Assembly (NCBI GenBank): GCA_965248695.1
Contig: CBDFKD010000002.1
Coordinates: forward strand, 2,432,001 to 2,496,000
Source of the DNA: Acidobacteriota bacterium
GTDB lineage: Bacteria > Acidobacteriota > UBA890 > WLXD01
Length of the DNA stretch: 64,000 bases
Reading direction: 5' to 3'
A model generated the notes under the pieces. The model worked only from the letters and a program-made list of their open reading frames with translations. It was not told where the DNA came from and did not search any database. Shown piece after piece: positions 30,441 to 38,662 of the stretch; positions within the stretch are counted from its first letter, which is position 1, and the number at the start of each line of letters is the position of its first letter. The translations under genes were made by a program, and so were the position numbers.

Positions 30441-33137
30441 TCATTGCGAACCGCTGACAGGTATCCGGGCCTTGAGCTCCTCGACCCAGTGTTCCACGAA
30501 GATCATGGCGCCGGTCGACTGGCGCCTCGCGCTTCGCATGAGGAAGCGTTCGCCGTCCGGCGCGAGATCGAAGTGGGGCGCCCCGGCGTAGATAGCGTAG
30601 CCCTGGAGGCCGAACATCCCGGTCGGCGTGCGTGGATTGAAGGTCGGTTCCGTCTCGACCTCGGCGACCATCATCTGTTCGAGCTCCAGAAAAAACAGGC
30701 GCCGGCCATCAGGCGACCACACCGGAGCGACGCCGGAGTTCGCAGAGACCTGCCACTTCCCGGCGTCCGTCTCCGGGAACGGTTGGACGTAGATCTCTGA
30801 GCGGCCAGACTCGTTCGACTGATAAGCGATCCACCGGGCGTCCGGGGACAGCGCCGGTCCCTGCTCGGTGAAGTCGCTCGCGAGAAGCATCTCCACCGTC
30901 CGATCGCCCTCGACCGTAAGCACGCCGATGTCTCCGGGTGTCTGATCGAACACCAGCCGGCCGTCGGCCGACCAGTCCCAGGGGCGCGGTCGATCCGGAC
31001 TCTCCAGAAGCCGCTCAACCTCACCGGTTCCGTCCGCCGCCTTCCAGAACAGCCCGCCGCCGTCGCGATCCGACCGAAATACCACGCGCGAGCTGTCGGG
31101 GGTCCACAGCGGGGTGTCGTCTTGCGCCTCATCGAACGTCAGTCGGAGGAAGGGGCCCTGATCGAGGCGCCAGGTCCATACGTCCGTGTTGCCCTCCTCA
31201 GCAATTGCCATGGCCACTCTGCTTCCGTCCGGTGAGACGCGCACGTCCTGATAGTTTCCCCTGGGAAGACCTGTCGGTGTAGCGGCGACCATGTTCCCGT
31301 CGATGATCTGGTCATGGGTGTTGTCGACCCACACGAGCGAGAACCCTTCCGCCGGCCCGGTCGCTCCCGGGAGATAGATCAGCGCGCCGTTTCGCGCCAC
31401 GCTGAACTGGGAGGTCGCGTTCCCGACCGCCTGCCGGACGCCCTCGACGAGGGGCACCGGTCCCCCAAGGACCTGACGCGTCGCGAGGTCGAACGCGACG
31501 CCGAACACCACGCCGTCCGACGCATAAACGAGATGTCCCGTCTCCACGAAACGGGCGTCTCGTCCGCGGTCGATCAGTACCGCCCGCTCCCCAGTGGCGA
31601 GCGACTGTACGACGATCTGTGCCTCGTCCCATACGCCGGCGCCAGCGTCTGCGGGCCTGAGCGTATACAGCACCCATTCGCCGCCGGGCAGCATCTGAGG
31701 CCCATGTGCGGCTTCGCCTGCCGCCACCGTGATGACGGCCTCAGGCGTGCCGCCGGTGCCGGGCACCCTCCAGATGCCGTCCTGTCCCTGGCCATAGAGA
31801 ATCATGTCGTCGGCGCCCCAACTCGCACCAGACGGGACACTCGCATCGGCGAGCATCACCGGCGCTCCGCCGGTCGTAGCGACCTTGCGCAGTTGCCCGC
31901 CCGCGTGGAAGCCAATCCACTGGCTATCGGGAGAGAAGAACGGCGCTCGAGGCCCCCCGTCAGCGCCCATCAGCGGCGCAGCTGTGATCTCATCGAGTGA
32001 CCGAAGCAACAGCCCGTCACCGGTGACGTAGACGATCGAACGGCCGTCCGGTGACAGGGCGACGACATGCTGCCCCATGCGTGCGAACGATTCCGTCGCG
32101 CGCAGCGGGACTTCGAAACGTGTCACTGCGGGTGCGTCAGGCTGCATCAGACGCCAGACCGTAGCGCCGGTGATCGCCGCCACTAACAAGACCACGAGGA
32201 GGGTGGGCACCGGTCGCTGCCAGAGCCGCAACGGCGGTGCGCCGGAGGGTGCCGACGCCGCCGTGGGGCTGGTCGTCGCGAACGCACCCGCCAGCGCCAG
32301 GCGCACATCCCCCATATCACGGACACGTTCTCTGGCGTCTCGCTGCAAACACCGCCTCAGGTAGGTATCGAGAGCCGGGGGAAGCCCCTCGGGCAACGCC
32401 TCCCAGTCGGGATCCCGTTCGATGACCCGAGCCAACGTCTGTGAGATGTCATCCCCGGGAAAGGGCTTCGTGCCGGTCAGCATCTCGTACAGCACTGCGC
32501 CAAACGCCCAGATGTCGGCCCGCTTGTCCACCGGCTGGCCCCTGGCTTGCTCCGGGCTCATGTAGGCGGCTGTGCCCATGATGACTCCGGTGCGCGTCGC
32601 CTCCATCATGGTCGGTGATTGGCTCAGGTCCCGCGAGACATCGGACGACGAGCCGTCCGCCTCGTAGGACTTGGCAAGCCCGAAGTCGAGGACCTTGGCT
32701 CTCCCCTGCGGGGTAACGATGACGTTGGCGGGCTTCAGGTCGCGGTGGATAACGCCGTTCTCGTGCGCGGCTTCCAATGCCTCGGCAATCTGGCGGGCAA
32801 CGTCGAGCGCTTCATCGACTTCAAAACGCCCCGAGCGAGAGATCCGCTCTGCCAAGGTCTCACCCTCAACCAGCTCCATGGCGATGTAGCGTTGATCGCC
32901 CTCATCCTCCAGCCCGTAAATGGCAGCGATGTTGGTGTGGTTCAGAGAGGCGAGGAGCTTTGCCTCACGCTCGAAGCGGGCAAGACGGTCGGCGTCGGTG
33001 GCGAAGTCCTCTGGAAGCACCTTGATCGCGACATCCCGGTCGAGCTTGGTATCCCGCGCTCGATACACCTCTCCCATGCCGCCCGCGCCGAGCGGGGAGA
33101 GGATCTCGTAATGCCCTAGTTGGGTCCCACGTTCCAT
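30441..33137 (-). CDS. Hanks-type Ser/Thr protein kinase with TM segment and TolB/PD40 beta-propeller
   Basis: LGAGGMGEVY, VAIK, HRDLKPAN, DFG, YMSPE; C-terminal WSPDG repeats. Confidence 0.95.
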   Translation of the reverse strand: MERGTQLGHYEILSPLGAGGMGEVYRARDTKLDRDVAIKVLPEDFATDADRLARFEREAKLLASLNHTNIAAIYGLEDEGDQRYIAMELVEGETLAERISRSGRFEVDEALDVARQIAEALEAAHENGVIHRDLKPANVIVTPQGRAKVLDFGLAKSYEADGSSSDVSRDLSQSPTMMEATRTGVIMGTAAYMSPEQARGQPVDKRADIWAFGAVLYEMLTGTKPFPGDDISQTLARVIERDPDWEALPEGLPPALDTYLRRCLQRDARERVRDMGDVRLALAGAFATTSPTAASAPSGAPPLRLWQRPVPTLLVVLLVAAITGATVWRLMQPDAPAVTRFEVPLRATESFARMGQHVVALSPDGRSIVYVTGDGLLLRSLDEITAAPLMGADGGPRAPFFSPDSQWIGFHAGGQLRKVATTGGAPVMLADASVPSGASWGADDMILYGQGQDGIWRVPGTGGTPEAVITVAAGEAAHGPQMLPGGEWVLYTLRPADAGAGVWDEAQIVVQSLATGERAVLIDRGRDARFVETGHLVYASDGVVFGVAFDLATRQVLGGPVPLVEGVRQAVGNATSQFSVARNGALIYLPGATGPAEGFSLVWVDNTHDQIIDGNMVAATPTGLPRGNYQDVRVSPDGSRVAMAIAEEGNTDVWTWRLDQGPFLRLTFDEAQDDTPLWTPDSSRVVFRSDRDGGGLFWKAADGTGEVERLLESPDRPRPWDWSADGRLVFDQTPGDIGVLTVEGDRTVEMLLASDFTEQGPALSPDARWIAYQSNESGRSEIYVQPFPETDAGKWQVSANSGVAPVWSPDGRRLFFLELEQMMVAEVETEPTFNPRTPTGMFGLQGYAIYAGAPHFDLAPDGERFLMRSARRQSTGAMIFVEHWVEELKARIPVSGSQ

Positions 33138-33170
33138 TCGCGCGCCACGGTGGAGTAGGTTGGCGAGGTG

Positions 33171-33199
33171 AGCGTATCGCCCGTTCGTGCGACGGTCCA
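33171..33199 (-). promoter_or_regulatory. Putative kinase promoter TGGACC-N17-TACGCT
   Basis: Conserved across cassettes; -10 box lies 33 nt upstream of the ATG. Confidence 0.65.
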
Positions 33200-33462
33200 C
33201 GGTGCGCGAAACTACCCTCAATAGGTCAGTCCACACATCGGAGTTGCCCGTACACGCGAGCGGCGAGCTCGGCCGGATGATGTGCCCTTCCGGCTATCCG
33301 AGGCGCGGAGAGCCGGTTCCGCGCCTGTGAACTGACGACGGTACTAGCGCCATCGGCTTTTCTAGAGACGCGCCGGCTTCTTGCTAAACTGCGGGCACAG
33401 TTTGGGCACAATCGGCCTCACAAGATCCACCGTGCCGCTCGTAAGTGCCCATGAACAAAGGG

Positions 33463-33501
33463 GCGCCCGTAGCTCAGCTGGATAGAGCAGCGGACTTCTA
33501 A
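33463..33501 (+). repeat. tRNA-Arg 5' half, copy 4
   Basis: 39-nt exact match. Confidence 0.97.
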
Positions 33502-33696
33502 ACCAAACGGTCGCAGTTGGGGCTGGTTGGCGCTGCTTGGGGCTCGTTGGCTGGCGCTGGTTCCTGTTGGTAGCGAATCAGCCCGCTCTTGGTTCTAGTT
33601 GGTTCCAGTTGGTGCTGCTTGGTTCCCCGCGGGCACAATCGTGGGCACAGTTTGAACCGCTGAGTACGTGGAGGACTCCGCAACTCGCTGACGCGG

Positions 33697-33735
33697 CTAC
33701 GGATCCGTCGGCACGAGCCGCTTCAGCTCGTCGAA
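33697..33735 (-). pseudogene. Kinase-TolB C-terminal remnant (FDELKRLVPTDP*)
   Basis: Manual translation; same position and strand as the intact kinase end in cassette 3. Confidence 0.8.
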
Positions 33736-33928
33736 GTGCCAGGGCAAGGGGTCAGGCGTTCCCGGATCCACGGCGGAGAGCGTCTGGGAGTTGTCCCGCA
33801 GCGAATCCCTTGAGGAGCCCAACGATCAGTGGTTGTATCCAGGCGTCCCTCTACTGACCAAGCCAAGAACCTAACTCGACCAGGGTCATCTTGGACATCC
33901 CGGGAGGTAGACAGTGGTTGGAGGATCG

Positions 33929-35722
33929 ATGACGGAAACCAGGCCCCAGCTGTGGATCCTTTTGCTGGCGAGCCTGAGCATATCGGCTTGTCAGTCGTCC
34001 ACGCAGGACGCGTCGCCAGGCGATGCTGCCAGCCCTGCCGATTTGGTGCTGCAGGGCGGAAAGTTCTTTACCGTCGACGAAGCCCAAGTTTGGGCTGAAG
34101 CCGTCGCCATCAAGGACGGCAGGTTCGTGTACGTCGGCGACAACACTAGCGTACAGGGCTTCGTTGGCCCCGATACCGTTCGCCATGACCTCGGCGGCAA
34201 GCTGACAATTCCCGGTCTAGTGGATTCCCATACACACCCAGGTAGGATGGGGCGGGGCGGGGGCGTCTCGGTCCCCGTGGGTGGTGGTCCCAGAGGGAGG
34301 CTGCCCAGCGGCGGGAACAAGGAGGAGATCTTCGCTGCGGTGGAGGCATATGCCGAAGCCAACCCGGACCTTGCCTGGATCGAGATGGGTAGCTGGTCCG
34401 GGGATCTGTACGGCATCGCGGGCCCACATAGGAGAGATTTGGATCGCGTGGTACCGGATCGACCGGTGATGTTAGGAAGCGTCCATAGCGTTTGGGTCAA
34501 TTCCGTGGCGCTCGAGATGATGGGGGTCGACAGCAATACACCCGATCCGGTACCCGGTCTCTCATTCTTCGTACGGGATGCCGATGGGGAGCCTACCGGC
34601 TGGATCAAGGAATTTGCCACCTGGCCCTATGCGCAGCACCTTGCTGACGTTGACCCGGAGTCCCACAAGGAGGGTATCGTCACCTTCTTGGAGTACCTGT
34701 CAGGCCACGGCGTTACTTCACTCTTGGACGCTGGTAACCAAAACTACGACGATCTCGCGTACTCGCTGCTGGCTGAGCTAGAGGCGGCCGGTCGTCTGCC
34801 GGTTCGCCTCGAGGGCAGCTATCACATCTACTTGCCCGATCGGGTGCCCGATGCAATCGATGAGCTACAGCGGCTGCGCCGCACCTACGGCGGCGAACGT
34901 CTACGGTTCAACACCATCAAGATCCACTTCGACGGCACCAATGAGATTCGTACCGGCGCGGTGCTCGAGCCGTACAGCGATGACCCGGGCAACCGGGGCA
35001 CGACCCTGCTCGACACCGGACAGCTGCGTGACTTCATCGTGCAGCTTCACGAAGCCAGGATCGATCTGCACATGCACATCGTGGGCGACCGGGGCGTACG
35101 CATCGCCCTGGATGCGGTGGAAGCAGCGCGCAGGTCGGTCGACGGCGAGCTCTATCCACGCGTCACCCTGTGCCACCTGGACATCATCGATACGGCTGAC
35201 TACCCGCGTTTCAAACAGCTGGGTGTCATTGCCAACTACACGCCCCAGTGGCACGGCCTGGGAGACCGACTGCCGTTGACCGCCGGTACCCTTGGCCCCC
35301 GCTTCGAAAGGATGTTGCTGGTGCAGCCGTTACTGGATGACGGCGCGGTCGTGACCTTCTCCAGCGACGTGACATCGCTCGGGGCCATGGAGCGGGCCAA
35401 CCCTTATCTGGGGATGCAGATCGGCCACAACCGCCAATACCATCAACAAGGTGAGGCGGCGCCGATAAGGCTGCCGATGACCGAACGCCTGGACCTGGAG
35501 GATCTAGTCAAGGGATATACGTTGAACGGCGCCTACCAGCTCCGCATGGACGACCAGCTCGGCTCCATCGAGGTAGGCAAGCTCGCCGACCTGGTCGTGC
35601 TCGATCGCAACCTGTTCGAAATCGATCGGTACGAGATCCACGAGGTTCGACCCGAAGCGGTCATCATGGAAGGCGAGATCATCAGGGGGAGCTTAGACAG
35701 CGGCGCGGAGCTGAGGCCATAG
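33929..35722 (+). CDS. Amidohydrolase 3 family (YtcJ-like) lipoprotein
   Basis: Lipobox ISAC; PGLVDSHTH; KIHFDG; GSIEVGKLADLVVLD. Confidence 0.92.
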   Translation: MTETRPQLWILLLASLSISACQSSTQDASPGDAASPADLVLQGGKFFTVDEAQVWAEAVAIKDGRFVYVGDNTSVQGFVGPDTVRHDLGGKLTIPGLVDSHTHPGRMGRGGGVSVPVGGGPRGRLPSGGNKEEIFAAVEAYAEANPDLAWIEMGSWSGDLYGIAGPHRRDLDRVVPDRPVMLGSVHSVWVNSVALEMMGVDSNTPDPVPGLSFFVRDADGEPTGWIKEFATWPYAQHLADVDPESHKEGIVTFLEYLSGHGVTSLLDAGNQNYDDLAYSLLAELEAAGRLPVRLEGSYHIYLPDRVPDAIDELQRLRRTYGGERLRFNTIKIHFDGTNEIRTGAVLEPYSDDPGNRGTTLLDTGQLRDFIVQLHEARIDLHMHIVGDRGVRIALDAVEAARRSVDGELYPRVTLCHLDIIDTADYPRFKQLGVIANYTPQWHGLGDRLPLTAGTLGPRFERMLLVQPLLDDGAVVTFSSDVTSLGAMERANPYLGMQIGHNRQYHQQGEAAPIRLPMTERLDLEDLVKGYTLNGAYQLRMDDQLGSIEVGKLADLVVLDRNLFEIDRYEIHEVRPEAVIMEGEIIRGSLDSGAELRP

Positions 35723-35858
35723 CGGCAGCTGCGGCTTCGTGCGCACCTCGGCAGATGGCGGCTTCGATGCAAGCACGGGACATCGAGGCCATCACAGTGA
35801 ACCGCTTGCCGCACGGCTACGCTGGCGGCGCCAACCGCCTTTACGACCCCGCGTGGGA

Positions 35859-35927
35859 CTCTCCCATGCCGCCAACGCCGAGCTATCCGGTGATCTCGTA
35901 GGGGCCTAGTTTGGTGCCGGGTCCCAT
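35859..35927 (-). pseudogene. Kinase N-terminal remnant (MGPGTKLGPYEITG*LGVGGMGE)
   Basis: Manual translation; aligns with the kinase start MERGTQLGHYEILSPLGAGGMGE; preceded by the same promoter. Confidence 0.88.
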
Positions 35928-36252
35928 GGCGCTACCAGAGGGAGGTAGGTGGGCGCGTGAAGCGTATCGTCAGCCCATGCGAAGGTCCACGGGGCGCGAA
36001 ATCACCCGCTATACGTCAGTCCACACATCGGGGATGCTCCGTCGGAGAGAGCATCGGACGTAACCAAGCGATGTTTCCTTTCCGCTATCCGAGGCGCGGA
36101 GAATCGGTTCTGCGCCTGTGAGCCGACGACGGTGCTAGCGCCATCGGTGTTTCCAGAGAGGCGCTGACTTCTTGCTACACTTCGGGCACAGTTTGGGCAC
36201 AATCACGGTCACAGAATCCACCCTGCGGCTCGTAAGTGCCCATGAATAAAGG

Positions 36253-36291
36253 GCGCCCGTAGCTCAGCTGGATAGAGCAGCGGACTTCTAA
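36253..36291 (+). repeat. tRNA-Arg 5' half, copy 5
   Basis: 39-nt exact match. Confidence 0.97.
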
Positions 36292-36631
36292 ACCAAACGG
36301 TCGCAGTTGGTGCTGGTTGGCGCTGCTTGGTGCTCGTTGGCTGGCGTTGGTTCCTGTTGATAGCGAATCAGCCCGCTCTTGGTTCTAGTTGGCTCCAGTT
36401 GGTGCTCGTTGGTTCCCCGCGGGCACAATCGTGGGCACAGCGGCGGAGCACAGTGTCGTCTCTGGCAGGTCTAGGCGACATCTTGATCACGCGCGAATTC
36501 GGCGCACCTCCGCCGAGAACGCGCACGCCCAGCCCATCGCCAGGCCAATCGGGCGAAGCTCAGGACAATGAGACCTCCGCCGAAGCAGCGTGCGCCGGGC
36601 GCCTGATTCGCGTACGTAGTCGCACCACCGC

Positions 36632-38656
36632 TCACCGCAGTGCAAGCGCGACGAACTCAGCGGCGTGCTCGACGCCGCCGACCGCGACGACTATGAACTG
36701 TTTCTCCTCGTGCATGTACGTGATCGGCGCACCGGTAGTGCCAGCGGGGAGCGCCGTCTCCCACAGAATGTCGCCAGTCTCCTTGTCGTAGGCGCGGAAC
36801 TTGTCGCCGCCGGACGTCGGAATCGCATACAGGGGCATCCCCTCCGGGACGCGCCTGGCCCAGTTGTGGTGCGACATCACCGGGTCGCCCTCGCCGACGA
36901 ACAGGAGCGTCTTCGTCAGCAACGGCGCTGCGCGCCCCGGCAGCCCGAGCCTCGGCAGGTTCAGGTGAGCGATCGCGGGATGGTCCCGCGGTCCCTCGCC
37001 GTTGGGGACCATCCAATCGATCTCGCCCTGGTTCATGTCATATGCGGTGATCCGCCCGTATGGCGGCTTGATGAGCGGCAGCCCTTGCGGACCATTGATG
37101 TAGCGTCGCGCGCCGCGAACGTAGCGCAGGTCCGCTGTGTCCGGGGGGCCTGCGAGGATGTCCGCGGCGAATGGTCCGGTTATGGACTGGACGTACAGGC
37201 GACCGGTGTCGGGGTCGAAGGCGGCGCTCTGCCAGTCGCCGCCTCCCTGTCCGCCCGGAAGCTGGATCGTGCCGAGGGTGCTGTTCGGGTCGTCGCTGCG
37301 AATCGAGGGCGGCGTGAACATCGGCCCGATGACGTAGCGATTCACGATCCGCTCTGCCTTCGCACGCAGCTCGGGCGTGAAGTCGATCAGATCGTCAATC
37401 GACACCCCCTGGCGGTCGAACGGCGGTGGCTTGGTCGGAAACGGCTGGGTCGGCGCGGTGCGTTCGCCCGGCGTGTTCGATTTCGGTACCGGGCGCTCTT
37501 CGATGGGCCAGATCGATTCTCCGGTCACCCTGTCGAACACGAACAGGAACGCGTTCTTGGTGACCTGGATGGCTGTCTTGCGACGCCGTCCGTCCACCGT
37601 GAGGTCGGCCAATATGGGCGCCGACGGCAGATCGAAGTTCCATAGAGGATGATGGACGGTCTGGAAATGCCAGATGCGCTCACCGGTCTCCGCGTCCACG
37701 CATACCAAGCTCTGGCCGTAGAGATTGTCCCCGAGACGATGGCCGCCGTACATGTCGTTGGTCGGCGAGCTGAGCGGCAGGTACACGTACCCCAACTCTT
37801 CGTCGACCGACATGTATGCCCAGAGGTTAGTGTGGCCGCTGTAACGCCAGCTCTCGTCCTCCCAGGTGTCGGTGCCGAACTCGCCGGCCTGCGGAACCAC
37901 ATGGAACGTCCAGCGCAGCGCGCCCGTCCGCACGTCGAACGCCCGCACGTCGCCGCGAGGTTGCGCCATGGTCGGGGGGCCGTCCGACATCGATTGACCC
38001 ACGATGACGACCTCCCCTGTGACCAGCGGAACGCCGGTCCACCAGTACGGTGAGCGCGGCGGGCCAAGGCCCTCGGCCAGATCGACCATGCCGGCATTGC
38101 CGAAGTCCGGATACACACGACCGGTCTTGGCATTGAGGGCGATCAAATGCTCGCCCCCGACGGCGAGAATGCGCGCATCCACGCCGTCGGTCCAATAGGC
38201 GACGCCGCGGGCGCTGTCTCCCCGTGATTGCCGTGGATCCTCCCCTGTGTCCTGCAGCCAGATGGTTCGTCCGCTCCCGGGGTCGAACGCCTCGACCAAC
38301 CCCACGCCGTTCGACGCGTACAGGACACCGTCGACCATCAACGGCGTCGATCTGAAGTTGTTGGAGAACTGCAAGCCGGGGTTCGCGTCGATGATCGCGG
38401 TGGCGACGGCCGGGCGCCGCCAGACGATGCGCAAACGGTCGACGTTGTCCCTGTCGATCTGGTCGAGCGGTGCGTACTTCGTACTGGCGGGGTCGCCGTT
38501 GTAGCTCCGCCACTCGCCGGCGGCCGCGCCTGTCTGGGCCGCGCCTGACACCCCGATGGCGCCCAGCAGACAAGCACACGCGGTCGACAGCGCCCGTCGT
38601 TTACCGAACCGTTTGCGATCCCGCGAACACGAAGCTCCCATCCGCATACCCCTCAC
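36632..38656 (-). CDS. PQQ-dependent quinoprotein (paralog of 20321-22291)
   Basis: YAPLDQIDRDNV, GDNLYGQSLV, WHFQTVHH, IWPIEERPVP. Confidence 0.9.
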   Translation of the reverse strand: MRGMRMGASCSRDRKRFGKRRALSTACACLLGAIGVSGAAQTGAAAGEWRSYNGDPASTKYAPLDQIDRDNVDRLRIVWRRPAVATAIIDANPGLQFSNNFRSTPLMVDGVLYASNGVGLVEAFDPGSGRTIWLQDTGEDPRQSRGDSARGVAYWTDGVDARILAVGGEHLIALNAKTGRVYPDFGNAGMVDLAEGLGPPRSPYWWTGVPLVTGEVVIVGQSMSDGPPTMAQPRGDVRAFDVRTGALRWTFHVVPQAGEFGTDTWEDESWRYSGHTNLWAYMSVDEELGYVYLPLSSPTNDMYGGHRLGDNLYGQSLVCVDAETGERIWHFQTVHHPLWNFDLPSAPILADLTVDGRRRKTAIQVTKNAFLFVFDRVTGESIWPIEERPVPKSNTPGERTAPTQPFPTKPPPFDRQGVSIDDLIDFTPELRAKAERIVNRYVIGPMFTPPSIRSDDPNSTLGTIQLPGGQGGGDWQSAAFDPDTGRLYVQSITGPFAADILAGPPDTADLRYVRGARRYINGPQGLPLIKPPYGRITAYDMNQGEIDWMVPNGEGPRDHPAIAHLNLPRLGLPGRAAPLLTKTLLFVGEGDPVMSHHNWARRVPEGMPLYAIPTSGGDKFRAYDKETGDILWETALPAGTTGAPITYMHEEKQFIVVAVGGVEHAAEFVALALR

Positions 38657-38662
38657 GGTTGC

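Noticed and set aside
33226-33411. Short arm-overlapping ORFs (also 29971-30168, 36002-36202, 20098-20835, 33537-33857) as integrase/RDF remnants
   Set aside because: Frames are not conserved between copies, and no R-H-R-Y or HTH signature is evident
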